This document shows, piece by piece, positions 12,294 through 27,100 of a stretch of 64,000 bases of DNA. This DNA comes from Eledone cirrhosa. Taxonomy: Eukaryota. The notes beneath the pieces were generated by a model, which saw nothing but the letters and a program-made list of their open reading frames with translations, had not been told where the DNA came from and searched no databases. How positions within the stretch are numbered: the stretch's first letter is position 1; each line of letters starts with the position of its first letter. The DNA is taken from NCBI GenBank assembly GCA_964016885.1, contig OZ024746.1, positions 51,150,001 through 51,214,000 on the forward strand, read 5' to 3'. The translations under genes were made by a program, and so were the position numbers.

Positions 12294-13690
12294 CTGGATC
12301 AACCAGATTGCCACTGTCCTTATCTACTGTCTAGACAAACAAAAGCCAAGGGAACGGCCTTGGGTGGATCAACGAGATTGCCACTGTCCCTATCTACTGT
12401 CTAGAGAAATTACAGTGAACGGAACGAGCTTGGGTGGATCAACGAGATTGCCACTGTCCCTATCTATTGTCTAGCGAAACCACAGCCAAGGGAACTAGCT
12501 TGGACGGATCAACGAGATTGCCACTGTCCTTATCTACTGTCTAGAGAAACCACAGTCAACGGAACGAGCTTGGGTGGATCAACGAGATTGCCACTGTCCC
12601 TATCTACTGTCTAGCGAAACCACAGCCAAGAGAACGAGCTTGGACGGAATAACGAGATTGCCACTGTCCCTATCTACTGTCTATCTACTGTCTAGCGAAA
12701 CCACAGCCAAGGGAACGAGCTTGGACGGATCAACGAGATTGCCACTGACCCTATCTACTGTCTAGCGAAAACACAGACAAGGGAACGAGCTTGGACGCAT
12801 CAACCAGATTGCCACTGTCCCTATCTACTGTCTATCTACTGTCTAGCGAAACCACAGCCAAGGGAACGAGCTTGGACGGGTCAACGAGATTGCCACTGTC
12901 CTTATCTACTGTCTAGAGAAACCAGAGTCAACGGAAGGAGCTTGGGTGGATCAACGAGATTACCACTGTCCCTATCTACTGTGTAGCGAAACCACAGCCA
13001 AGAGAACGAGCTTGGAAGGAATAACGAGATTGCCACTGTCCCTATCTACTGTCTATCTACTGTCTAGCGAAACCACAGCCAAGGGAACGAGCTTGGACGG
13101 ATCAACGAGATTGCCACTGTCCTTATCTATTGTCTAGAGAAACCACAGCTAAGGGAACGAGCTTGGACGGATCAACGAGATTGCCACTGACCCTTTCAAC
13201 TGTCTAGCGAAACCACAGCCAAGGAAACGAACTTGGACGGATCAACGACATTGCACTGTCCCTATCTACTGTCTTGCGAAACCACAGACAAGGGAACGAG
13301 CTTGGACGGATCAACGAGATTGCCACTGTCCTTATCTACTATCTAGCGAAACCACAGTCAACGCAACGAGCTTGGGTCGATCAACGAGATTGCCACTGTC
13401 CCTATCTACTGTCTAGCGAAACGAGAGCCTAGGGAACGGGCATGACTGGATCAATGAGATTGCCACTGTCCCTATCTACTGTCTAGCGAAACCACAGACA
13501 AGGGAACGAGCTTGGACGGATCAACGAGATTGCCACTGTCCTTATCTACTGACTAGAGAAACCACAGTCAACGGAACGAGCTTGGGTGGATCAACGAGAT
13601 TACCACTCTCCCTATCTACTGTCTAGCGAAACCACAGCCAAGGGAACGGGCGTGGCTGGATCAACGAGTTGCCACTGTCGCTATCTACTG

Positions 13691-13724
<34 letters not shown>

Positions 13725-15367
13725 CTGGATCAATGAGATTGCCTCTGTCCCTATCAACTGTCTAGCGAAACCACAGCCAAGGAAACGAACTTGGACGGAT
13801 CAACGACATTGCACTGTCCCTATCTACTGTCTAGCGAAACCACAGCCAAGGGAACGAGCTTGGACGGATCAACGAGATTGCCACTGTCCTTATCTACTAT
13901 CTAGCGAAACCACAGTCAACGGAACGAGCTAGGGTGGATCAACGAGATAGCCACTGTGCCTATCTACTGTCTAGCGAAACCACAGCCAAGGGAAGGGGCA
14001 TGACTGGATCAATCAGATTTCCACTGTCCCTATCTACTGTCTAGCGAAACCACAGACAAGGGAACGAGCTTGGACGGATCAACGTGATTGCCACTGTCCC
14101 TATCTACTGTCTAGCGAAACCACAGCCAAGGGAACGAAATTGGACGGATCAACGAGATTGCCACTGCACTTATCTACTGTCTAGCGAAACTAGAGCCAAG
14201 GGAACGAGCATGGACGGAATAACGAGATTGCCACTGTCCCTATCTTCTGTCTAGCGAAACCACAGACACGGGAACGAGCTTGGCCGGATCAACGAGATTG
14301 CCACTGTCCTTATCTACTGTTTAGCGAAACCGCAGCCGAGTGAATGGTCTTGGGTGGATCAACGAGATTGCCACTGTCCCTATCTACTGTCTAGCCAAAC
14401 CAAAGCCAAGGGAACCGCCATGGGTGGATCAACGAGATTGCCACTGTCACTATCTACTGTCTAGAGAAAACACAGTCAACGGAACGAGCTTGGGTGGATC
14501 AACGAGATTGCCACTGTCCCTATCTACTGGCTAGCGAAATCACAGCCAATGGAACGGGCGTGGCTGTTCAACAAGAATGCCACTGTCGCTATCTACTGTC
14601 TAGCGAAACCACAGCCAAGTGAATGGTCTTGGCTGGATCAACAAGATTGCCACTGTCCTTATCTACTGTCTAGCCAAACAAAAGCCAAGGGAACGGCCTT
14701 GGGTGGATCAACGAGATTGCCACTGTCCCTATCTACTGTCTAGAGAAACTACAGTGAACGGAACGAGCTTGGGTGGATCAACGAGATTGCCACTGTCCCT
14801 ATCTATTGTCTAGAGAAACCACAGCCAAGGGAACGAGCTTGGACGGATCAACGAGATTGCCACTGTCCTTATCTACTGTCTAGAGAAACCACAGTCAACG
14901 GAACGAGCTTGGGTGGATCAACGAGATTGGCACTGTCCCTATCTACTGTCTAGCGAAACCACAGACAAGGGAATGAGCTTGGACGGATCAACGAGATTGC
15001 CACTGTCCCTATCTACTGTCTAGCAAAACTACAGCCAAGGGAACGAACTTGGACGGAATAACGAGATTGCCACTGTCCCTATCTTCTGTCTAGCGAAACC
15101 ACAGCTAAGGGAACGAGCTTGGACGAATCAACGTGATTGCCACTGACCCTATCTTCTGTCTAGCGAAACCACAGACAAGGGAACGAACTTGGCCTGATCA
15201 ACGAGATTGCCACTGTCCCTATCTACTGTCTAGCCAAACTAAAGCCAAGGGAACCGCCTTGGGTGGATCAACGAGATTGCCACTGTCCCTATCTACTGTC
15301 TAGCGAAACGACAGCCAAGGGACGGACTTGGGTGGATCAACGAGAATGCCACTCTCGCTATCTACTG

Positions 15368-15401
<34 letters not shown>

Positions 15402-16690
15402 CTGGATCAACAAGATTGCCACTGTCCTTATCTACTGTCTAGCCAAACAAAAGCCAAGGGAACGGCCTTGGGTGGATCAACGAGATTGCCACTGTCTCTA
15501 TCTACTGTCTAGCGAAACTACAGCCAATGGAACGAGCTTGGACGGAATAACGAGATTGCCACTGTCCCTTTCTACTGTCTAGCGAAACCACAGCTAAGGG
15601 AACGGACTTGGTACAATCGACGAGATTGCCACTGAACCTATCTACTGTCTAGCGAAACCACAGCCAAGGGAACGAGCTTGGACGGATCAACGAGATTGCC
15701 ACTGTCCCTATCTACTCTCTAGCGAAACCACAGCCAAGTGAATGGTCTTGGCCGTACCAACGACATTGCCACTGTCCCTATCTACTGTCTAACCAAACCC
15801 AAGCCAAGGGAACGAGCTTGGGTGGCTCAACGAGATTGACACTGTCCCTATCTACTGTCTAGAGAAATTACAGTGAACGGAACGAGCTTATGTGGAACAA
15901 CGAGATTGCCGCTGTCCCTATCTATTGTCTAGCGAAACCACAGCTAAGGGATCGGACTTGGTACAATCGACGAGATTGCCACTGAAATTATCTACTGTCT
16001 AGCGAAACCACAGCCAAGGGAGCGAGCTTGGACGGATCAACGAGATTGCCACTGTCCTTATCTACTGTCTAGCGAAACCACAGTCAACGGAACGAGCTTG
16101 GGTGGATCAACGAGATTGCCACTGTCCCTTTCTAATGTCTAGCTAAACCACAGCCAAGAGAACGGGCTTGGGTGGATCAACGAGATTGCCACTGTCTCTA
16201 TCTACTGTCTAGCGAAACCACAGCTAAGGGAACGAGCTTGGACGGATCAACGAGATTGCCACTGACCCTATCTTCTGTCTAGCGAAACCACAGACAAGGG
16301 AACGAGCTTGGCCGGATCAACGAGATTGCCACTGTCCTTATCTACTGTCTAGCGAAACCACAGTCAACGGAACGAGCTTGGGTGGATCAACGAGATTTCC
16401 ACTGTGCCTATCTACTGTCTAGCAAAACCACAGACAAGGTAACGGGCTTGGCTGGATCAACGAGATTGACACTGTCGTTATCTATTGTCTAGCGAAACCA
16501 CAGCCAAGGGAACGAGTATGACTAGATCAATGAGATTGCCACTGTCCCTATCTACTGTCTAGCGAAACCACAAACCAGGGAACGAGCTTGGACGGATCAA
16601 TGAGATTTCCACTGTCCCTATCTACTGTCTAGCGAAACCACAGCCAAGTGAATGGTCTTGGGTGGATCAACGAGACTGCCACTGTCCCTA

Positions 16691-18097
16691 TCTAGTGTCT
16701 AGCCAAACCAAAGCCAAGGGAACGAGCTTGGGTGGATCATCGAGATTGACACTGTCCCTATCTAGTGTCTAGAGAAACTACAGTGAACGGAACGAGCTTG
16801 GGTGGATCAACGAGATTGCCACTGTCCCTATCTATTGTCTAGCAAAACCACAGCCAAGGGAACGGACTTGGTACAATCGAGGAGATTGCCACTGAACTTA
16901 TGTACTGTCTAGCGAAACCACAGCCAAGTGAACGGGCTTGCCAGGATCAACAAGATTGCCACTGTCCTTATCTACTGTCTAGCCAAACCAAAGCCAAGGG
17001 AACGGCCTTGGGTGGATCAACGAGATTGCCACTGTCGCTATCTACTGTCTAGCAAAACCACAGCCAAGGGAACGGACTTGGTTGGATGAACGAGATTGCC
17101 ACTGAACCTATCTACTGTCTAGCGAAACCACAGCCAAGGGATCTAGCTTGGACGGATCAACGAGATTGCCACTGTCCTTATCTACTGTCTAGAGAAACCA
17201 CAGTCAACAGAACGAGCTAGTGTGGATCAACGAGATTGCCACTGTCCCTATCTAATGTCTAGCGAAACCACGGCCACGGGAACGGGCGTGGCTGGATCAA
17301 TGATATTGCCACTGTCGCTATCTACTGTCTAGCGAAACCACAGGCAAGGGAACGATCTTGGACGGATCAACGAGATTGCCACTGTCCCTATCTACTGTCT
17401 AGCGAAACTACAGCCAATGGAACGAGCTTGGACGGAATAACGCGATTGCCACTGTCCCTATCTACTGTCTAGCGAAACCACAGCTAAGGGAACGAGCTTG
17501 GACGGATCAACGAGATTGCCACTGACACTATCTACTGTCTAGCGAAAACACAGACAAGGGAACGAGCTAGGACGGATCAACGAGATTGCCACTGTCCCTA
17601 TCTACTGTCAAGCGAAACCACAGCCAAGTGAATGGTTTTGGCTGGACCAACGACATTGCCACTGTCCCTATCTACGGTCTAGCCAAACCAAAGCCAAGGG
17701 AACGAGCTTGTGTGGATCAACGAGATTGACACTGTCCCTATCTACTGTCTAGAGAAACTTCAGTGAACGGAACGAGCTTGGGTGGATCAACGAGATTGCC
17801 ACTGTCCCTATCTATTGTCTAGCGAAACGACAGCCAAGCGAACGGACTTGGTTGAATCAACGAGATTGCCACTGAACCTATCTACTGACTGGCGAAACCA
17901 CAGCCAAGGGAACGAGCTTGGACGGATCAACGAGATTGCCACTGTCCTTATCTACTGTGTAGAGAAACCACAGTCAACGAAACGAGCTTGGGTGGATCAA
18001 CGAGATTGCCACTGTTTCTATCTACTGTCTAGCGAAACCACAGCCAAGGGAACGGGCGTGGCTGGATCAACGAGATTGCCACTGTCGCTATCTACTG

Positions 18098-18131
<34 letters not shown>

Positions 18132-21100
18132 CTGGATCAATGAGATAGCCACTTTCCCTATCAACTCTCTAGCGAAACCACAGCCAGGGGAACGAACTTG
18201 AAAGGATCAACGAGATTGCCACTGTCTTTATCTACTGTTTAGCGAAAACACAGCCAAGCGAACGAGCTTGGACGGATCAACGAGATTGCCACTGTCATTA
18301 TCTACTGTCTAGCGAAACCACAGTCAACGGAACGAGCTTGGGTGGATCAACGAGATTGCCACTGTGCCTATCTACTGTCTAGCAAAACCACAGCCAAGGG
18401 AACGGGCATGACTAGATCAATGAGATTGCCACTGTCCCTATCTACTGTCTAGCGAAACCACAGACAAGGGAACGAGCTTGGACGGATCAACGAGATTGAC
18501 ACTGTCCCTATCTACTGTCTAGCGAAACCACAGCCATGGGAACGGGCTTGGGTGGATCAACGAGATTGCCACTGTCCCTATCTACTGTCTAGCGAAACCA
18601 CAGCCAAGGGAACGAACTTGGACGGATCAACGAGATTGCCATTGCCCCTATCTACTGTCTAGCGAAATTACAGCCAAGGGAACGAGCTTGGACGGAATAA
18701 CGAGATTGTCACTGTCCCTCTCTACTGTCTAGCGTAACCACAGCCAAGAGAACGGGCTTGGGTGGATCAACGAGATTGCCACTGTCCCTCTCTACTGTCT
18801 AGCGTAACCACAGCCAAGAGAACGGGCTTAGGTGAATCCACGAGATTGAAACTGTCCCTATCTACTGTCTAGCGAAACCACAGCCAAGGGAACGAGCATA
18901 GATGGATCAACGAGATTGCCACTGTCCTTATCTACTGTCTAGAGAAACCACAGTCAACGGAACGAGCTTGGGTGGATCAACGAGATTGCAACTGTCCCTA
19001 TCTACTGGCTAGCGAAACCACAGTCAACGGAACGGGCTTGGCTGGATCAACAAGATTGCCACTGTCCTTATCTACTGTCTAGCCACACCAAAGCCGAGGG
19101 AACGGCCTTGAGTGGATCAACGAGATTGCCACTGTCCCTATCTACTGTCTAGCGAAAACACAGACAAGGGAACAAGCTTGGACGGATCAACGAAATTGCC
19201 TCTGCCCCTATCTACTGTCTAGCCAAACCGAATCCAAGGGAACCGCCTTGGGTGGATCAACGAGATTGCCACTGTCCCTATCTACTGTCTAGCGAAACCA
19301 CAGCCAATGGAACGATCTTGGACGGAAAAACGAGATTGCCACTGTCCCTATCTACTGTCTAGCGAAACTACAGCCAAGGGATCGGACTTGGTACACTCGA
19401 CGAGATTGCCACTGAACTTATCTACTGTCTAGCGAAACCACAGCCAAGGGAGCGAGCTTGGACGGATCAACGAAATTGCCACTGTCCTTATCTACTGTCT
19501 AGCGAAACCACAGTCAACGGAACGAGCTTGGGTGGATCAACGAGATTGCCACTGTCCCTCTCTAATGTTTAGCGAAACCACAGCCAAGAGAACGGGCTTG
19601 GGTGGATCAACGAGATTGCCACTCTCCCTATCTACTGTCTAGCGAAACCACAGCCAAGGGAACGAACTTGGACGGATCAACGAGATTGCCACTGTCCCTA
19701 TCTACTGTCTAACGAAACCACAGCCAAGGGAGCGAGCTTGGACGGATCAACGAGATTGCCACTGTCCTTATCTACTGTCTAGCGAAACCACAGTCAACGG
19801 AACGAGCTTGGGTGGATCAACGAGATTGCCACTGTGCCTATCTACTGTCTAGCAAAACCACAGCCAAGGAAACGGGCTTGGCTGGATCAACGAGATTGCC
19901 ACTGTCGCTATCTTTTGTCTAGCGAAACCACAGCCAAGGGAACGGACATGACTGGATCAATGAGATTGCCATTGTCCCTATCTACTGTCTAGCGAAACGT
20001 CAGCCCTGGGAACGGGCTTGGGTGGATCAACGAGAATGCCACTGTCCCTATCTACTCTCTAGCGAAACGGAATCCAAGGGAACCGCCTTGGGTGGATCAA
20101 CGAGATTGCCACTGTCCCTATCTACTGTCTAGCGAAATCACAGCCAAGGGTACGAGCTTGGATGGATAAAAGAGATTGCCACTGTCCTTATCTACTGTCT
20201 AGCGAAACTACAGCCAAGGGAACGGGCGTGGCTGGATCAATGATATTGCCACTGTCGCTATCTACTGTCTAGCGAAACCACAGGCAAGGGAACGATCTTG
20301 GACGGATCAACGAGATTGCCACTGTCCCTATCTACTGTCTAGCGAAACTACAGCCAATGGAACGAGCTTGGACGGAATAACGCGATTGCCACTGTCCCTA
20401 TCTAGTGTCTAGCCAAACCAAAGCCAAGGGAACGAGCTTGGGTGGATCATCGAGATTGACACTGTCCCTATCTAGTGTCTAGAGAAACTACAGTGAACGG
20501 AACGAGCTTGGGTGGATCAACGAGATTGCCACTGTCCCTATCTATTGTCTAGCAAAACCACAGCCAAGGGAACGGACTTGGTACAATCGAGGAGATTGCC
20601 ACTGAACTTATGTACTGTCTAGCGAAACCACAGCCAAGTGAACGGGCTTGCCAGGATCAACAAGATTGCCACTGTCCTTATCTACTGTCTAGCCAAACCA
20701 AAGCCAAGGGAACGGCCTTGGGTGGATCAACGAGATTGCCACTGTCGCTATCTACTGTCTAGCAAAACCACAGCCAAGGGAACGGACTTGGTTGGATGAA
20801 CGAGATTGCCACTGAACCTATCTACTGTCTAGCGAAACCACAGCCAAGGGATCTAGCTTGGACGGATCAACGAGATTGCCACTGTCCTTATCTACTGTCT
20901 AGAGAAACCACAGTCAACAGAACGAGCTAGTGTGGATCAACGAGATTGCCACTGTCCCTATCTAATGTCTAGCGAAACCACGGCCACGGGAACGGGCGTG
21001 GCTGGATCAATGATATTGCCACTGTCGCTATCTACTGTCTAGCGAAACCACAGGCAAGGGAACGATCTTGGACGGATCAACGAGATTGCCACTGTCCCTA

Positions 21101-21807
21101 TCTACTGTCTAGCGAAACTACAGCCAATGGAACGAGCTTGGACGGAATAACGCGATTGCCACTGTCCCTATCTACTGTCTAGCGAAACCACAGCTAAGGG
21201 AACGAGCTTGGACGGATCAACGAGATTGCCACTGACACTATCTACTGTCTAGCGAAAACACAGACAAGGGAACGAGCTAGGACGGATCAACGAGATTGCC
21301 ACTGTCCCTATCTACTGTCAAGCGAAACCACAGCCAAGTGAATGGTTTTGGCTGGACCAACGACATTGCCACTGTCCCTATCTACGGTCTAGCCAAACCA
21401 AAGCCAAGGGAACAAGCTTGTGTGGATCAACGAGATTGACACTGTCCCTATCTACTGTCTAGAGAAACTTCAGTGAACGGAACGAGCTTGGGTGGATCAA
21501 CGAGATTGCCACTGTCCCTATCTATTGTCTAGCGAAACGACAGCCAAGCGAACGGACTTGGTTGAATCAACGAGATTGCCACTGAACCTATCTACTGACT
21601 GGCGAAACCACAGCCAAGGGAACGAGCTTGGACGGATCAACGAGATTGCCACTGTCCTTATCTACTGTGTAGAGAAACCACAGTCAACGAAACGAGCTTG
21701 GGTGGATCAACGAGATTGCCACTGTTTCTATCTACTGTCTAGCGAAACCACAGCCAAGGGAACGGGCGTGGCTGGATCAACGAGATTGCCACTGTCGCTA
21801 TCTACTG

Positions 21808-21841
<34 letters not shown>

Positions 21842-24110
21842 CTGGATCAATGAGATAGCCACTTTCCCTATCAACTCTCTAGCGAAACCACAGCCAGGGG
21901 AACGAACTTGAACGGATCAACGAGATTGCCACTGTCTTTATCTACTGTTTAGCGAAAACACAGCCAAGCGAACGAGCTTGGACGGATCAACGAGATTGCC
22001 ACTGTCATTATCTACTGTCTAGCGAAACCACAGTCAACGGAACGAGCTTGGGTGGATCAACGAGATTGCCACTGTGCCTATCTACTGTCTAGCAAAACCA
22101 CAGCCAAGGGAACGGGCATGACTAGATCAATGAGATTGCCACTGTCCCTATCTACTGTCTAGCGAAACCACAGACAAGGGAACGAGCTTGGACGGATCAA
22201 CGAGATTGACACTGTCCCTATCTACTGTCTAGCGAAACCACAGCCATGGGAACGGGCTTGGGTGGATCAACGAGATTGCCACTGTCCCTATCTACTGTCT
22301 AGCGAAACCACAGCCAAGGGAACGAACTTGGACGGATCAACGAGATTGCCATTGCCCCTATCTACTGTCTAGCGAAATTACAGCCAAGGGAACGAGCTTG
22401 GACGGAATAACGAGATTGTCACTGTCCCTCTCTACTGTCTAGCGTAACCACAGCCAAGAGAACGGGCTTGGGTGGATCAACGAGATTGCCACTGTCCCTC
22501 TCTACTGTCTAGCGTAACCACAGCCAAGAGAACGGGCTTAGGTGAATCCACGAGATTGAAACTGTCCCTATCTACTGTCTAGCGAAACCACAGCCAAGGG
22601 AACGAGCATAGATGGATCAACGAGATTGCCACTGTCCTTATCTACTGTCTAGAGAAACCACAGTCAACGGAACGAGCTTGGGTGGATCAACGAGATTGCC
22701 ACTGTCCCTATCTACTGGCTAGCGAAACCACAGTCAACGGAACGGGCTTGGCTGGATCAACAAGATTGCCACTGTCCTTATCTACTGTCTAGCCACACCA
22801 AAGCCGAGGGAACGGCCTTGAGTGGATCAACGAGATTGCCACTGTCCCTATCTACTGTCTAGCGAAAGCACAGACAAGGGAACAAGCTTGGACGGATCAA
22901 CGAAATTGCCTCTGCCCCTATCTACTGTCTAGCCAAACCGAATCCAAGGGAACCGCCTTGGGTGGATCAACGAGATTGCCACTGTCCCTATCTACTGTCT
23001 AGCGAAACCACAGCCAATGGAACGATCTTGGACGGAAAAACGAGATTGCCACTGTCCCTATCTACTGTCTAGCGAAACTACAGCCAAGGGATCGGACTTG
23101 GTACACTCGACGAGATTGCCACTGAACTTATCTACTGTCTAGCGAAACCACAGCCAAGGGAGCGAGCTTGGACGGATCAACGAAATTGCCACTGTCCTTA
23201 TCTACTGTCTAGCGAAACCACAGTCAACGGAACGAGCTTGGGTGGATCAACGAGATTGCCACTGTCCCTCTCTAATGTTTAGCGAAACCACAGCCAAGAG
23301 AACGGGCTTGGGTGGATCAACGAGATTGCCACTCTCCCTATCTACTGTCTAGCGAAACCACAGCCAAGGGAACGAACTTGGACGGATCAACGAGATTGCC
23401 ACTGTCCCTATCTACTGTCTAACGAAACCACAGCCAAGGGAGCGAGCTTGGACGGATCAACGAGATTGCCACTGTCCTTATCTACTGTCTAGCGAAACCA
23501 CAGTCAACGGAACGAGCTTGGGTGGATCAACGAGATTGCCACTGTGCCTATCTACTGTCTAGCAAAACCACAGCCAAGGAAACGGGCTTGGCTGGATCAA
23601 CGAGATTGCCACTGTCGCTATCTTTTGTCTAGCGAAACCACAGCCAAGGGAACGGACATGACTGGATCAATGAGATTGCCATTGTCCCTATCTACTGTCT
23701 AGCGAAACGTCAGCCCTGGGAACGGGCTTGGGTGGATCAACGAGAATGCCACTGTCCCTATCTACTCTCTAGCGAAACGGAATCCAAGGGAACCGCCTTG
23801 GGTGGATCAACGAGATTGCCACTGTCCCTATCTACTGTCTAGCGAAATCACAGCCAAGGGTACGAGCTTGGATGGATAAAAGAGATTGCCACTGTCCTTA
23901 TCTACTGTCTAGCGAAACTACAGCCAAGGGAACGGGCGTGGCTGGATCAATGATATTGCCACTGTCGCTATCTACTGTCTAGCGAAACCACAGGCAAGGG
24001 AACGATCTTGGACGGATCAACGAGATTGCCACTGTCCCTATCTACTGTCTAGCGAAACTACAGCCAATGGAACGAGCTTGGACGGAATAACGCGATTGCC
24101 ACTGTCCCTA
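16691..24110 (+). repeat. Tandem duplication of a 3710-bp (53-monomer) block
   Basis: Rare variants recur at +3710: 'tctagtgtct...ggtggatcat' at 16691/20401 and 'tacgagcttggatggataaa' at 20151/23861. Confidence 0.9.
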
Positions 24111-27100
24111 TCTACTGTCTAGCGAAACCACAGCTAAGGGAACGAGCTTGGACGGATCAACGAGATTGCCACTGACACTATCTACTGTCTAGCGAAAACA
24201 CAGACAAGGGAACGAGCTAGGACGGATCAACGAGATTGCCACTGTCCCTATCTACTGTCAAGCGAAACCACAGCCAAGTGAATGGTTTTGGCTGGACCAA
24301 CGACATTGCCACTGTCCCTATCTACGGTCTAGCCAAACCAAAGCCAAGGGAACGAGCTTGTGTGGATCAACGAGATTGACACTGTCCCTATCTACTGTCT
24401 AGAGAAACTTCAGTGAACGGAAAGAGCTTGGGTGGATCAACGAGATTGCCACTGTCCCTATCTATTGTCTAACGAAACCACAGACAAGCGAACGGACTTG
24501 GTTGAATCAACGAGATTGCCACTGAACCTATCTACTGACTGGCGAAACCACAGCCAAGGGAACGAGCTTGGACGGATCAACGAGATTGCCACTGTCCTTA
24601 TCTACTGTGTAGAGAAACCACAGTCAACGAAACGAGCTTGGGTGGATCAACGAGATTGCCACTGTTTCTATCTACTGTCTAGCGAAACCACAGCCAAGGG
24701 AACGGGCGTGGCTGGATCAACGAGATTGCCACTGTCGCTATCTACTGTCTATCGAAACCACAGCCAAGGGAACGGGCTTGGCTGGATCAATGAGATAGCC
24801 ACTTTCCCTATCAACTCTCTAGCGAAACCACAGCCAGGGGAACGAACTTGAACAGATCAACGAGATTGCCACTGTCTTTATCTACTGTTTAGCGAAAACA
24901 CAGCCAAGCGAACGAGCTTCGACGGATCAACGAGATTGCCACTGTCATTATCTACTGTCTAGCGAAACCACAGTCAACGGAACGAGCTTGGGTGGATCAA
25001 CGAGATTGCCACTGTGCCTATCTACTGTCTAGCAAAACCACAGCCAAGGGAACGGGCATGAGTAGATCAATGAGATTGCCACTGTCCCTATCTACTGTCT
25101 AGCGAAACCACAGACAAGGGAACGAGCTTGGACGGATCAACGAGATTGACACTGTCCCTATCTACTGTCTAGCGAAACCACAGCAATGGGAACGGGCTTG
25201 GGTGGATCAACGAGATTGCCACTGTCCCTATCTACTGTCTAGCGAAACCACAGCCAAGGGAACGAACTTGGACGGATCAACGAGATTGCCATTGCCCCTA
25301 TCTACTGTCTAGCGAAATTACAGCCAAGGGAACGAGCTTGGACGGAATAACGAGATTGCCACTGTCCCTCTCTACTGTCTAGCGTAACCACAGCCAAGAG
25401 AACGGGCTTGGGTGGATCAACGAGATTGCCACTGTCCCTCTCTACTGTCTAGCGTAACCACAGCCAAGAGAACGGGCTTAGGTGAATCCACGAGATTGAA
25501 ACTGTCCCTATCTACTGTCTAGCGAAACCACAGCCAAGAGAACGAACTTGGACGGATCAACGAGATTGCCACTGTCCCTATCTACTGTCTAGCGAAACCA
25601 CAGCCAAGGGAACGAGCATAGATGGATCAACGAGATTGCCACTGTCCTTATCTACTGTCTAGAGAAACCACAGTCAACGGAACGAGCTTGGGTGGATCAA
25701 CGAGATTGCCACTGTCCCTATCTACTGGCTAGCGAAACCACAGTCAACGGAACGGGCTTGGCTGGATCAACAAGATTGCCACTGTCCTTATCTACTGTCT
25801 AGCCACACCAAAGCCGAGGGAACGGCCTTGAGTTGATCAACGAGATTGCCACTGTCCCTATCTACTGTCTAGCGAAAACACAGACAAGGGAACAAGCTTG
25901 GACGGATCAACGAAATTGCCTCTGCCCCTATCTACTGTCTAGCCAAACCGAATCCAAGGGAACCGCCTTGGGAGGATCAACGAGATTGCCACTGTCCCTA
26001 TCTACTGTCTAGCGAAACCACAGCCAAGGGAACGAGCTTGGACGGATCAACGAGATTGCCACTGTCCTTATCTACTCTCTAGCGAAACTACAGCCAATGG
26101 AACGATCTTGGACGGAATAACGAGATTGCCACTGTCCCTATCTACTGTCTAGCGAAACTACAGCCAAGGGATCGGACTTGGTACACTCGACGAGATTGCC
26201 ACTGAACTTATCTACTGTCTAGCGAAACCACAGCCAAGGGAGCGAGCTTGGACGGATCAAGGAAATTGCCACTGTCCTTATCTACTGTCTAGCGAAACCA
26301 CAGTCAACGGAACGAGCTTGGGTGGATCAACGAGATTGCCACTGTCTCTCTCTAATGTTTAGCGAAACCACAGCCAAGAGAACGGGCTTGGGTGGATCAA
26401 CGAGATTGCCACTCTCCCTATCTACTGTCTAGCGAAACCACAGCCAAGGGAACGAACTTGGACGGATCAACGAGATTGCCACTGTCCCTATCTACTGTCT
26501 AGCAAAACCACAGCCAAGGGAACGGACTTGGTTGGATGAACGAGATTGCCACTGAACCTATCTACTGTCTAGCGAAACCACAGCCAAGGGATCTAGCTTG
26601 GACGGATCAACGAGATTGCCACTGTCCTTATCTACTGTCTAGAGAAACCACAGTCAACAGAACGAGCTAGTGTGGATCAACGAGATTGCCACTGTCCCTA
26701 TCTAATGTCTAGCGAAACCACGGCCACGGGAACGGGCGTGGCTGGATCAATGATATTGCCACTGTCGCTATCTACTGTCTAGCGAAACCACAGGCAAGGG
26801 AACGATCTTGGACGGATCAACGAGATTGCCACTGTCCCTATCTACTGTCTAGCGAAACTACAGCCAATGGAACGAGCTTGGACGGAATAACGCGATTGCC
26901 ACTGTCCCTATCTACTGTCTAGCGAAACCACAGCTAAGGGAACGAGCTTGGACGGATCAACGAGATTGCCACTGACACTATCTACTGTCTAGCGAAAACA
27001 CAGACAAGGGAACGAGCTAGGACGGATCAACGAGATTGCCACTGTCCCTATCTACTGTCAAGCGAAACCACAGCCAAGTGAATGGTTTTGGCTGGACCAA

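Larger units (their letters stand above)
1..15321 (+). repeat. Left sub-domain: indel-rich, with 81-bp and 69-bp variant monomers and ~3.1/6.1-kb segmental duplications
   Basis: The 11-bp duplication monomers and the 'gacattgcac' 1-bp deletion monomers occur only here. Positions 1-2480 recur at 6128-8606, and 1-720 also recurs at 3101. Confidence 0.85.
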
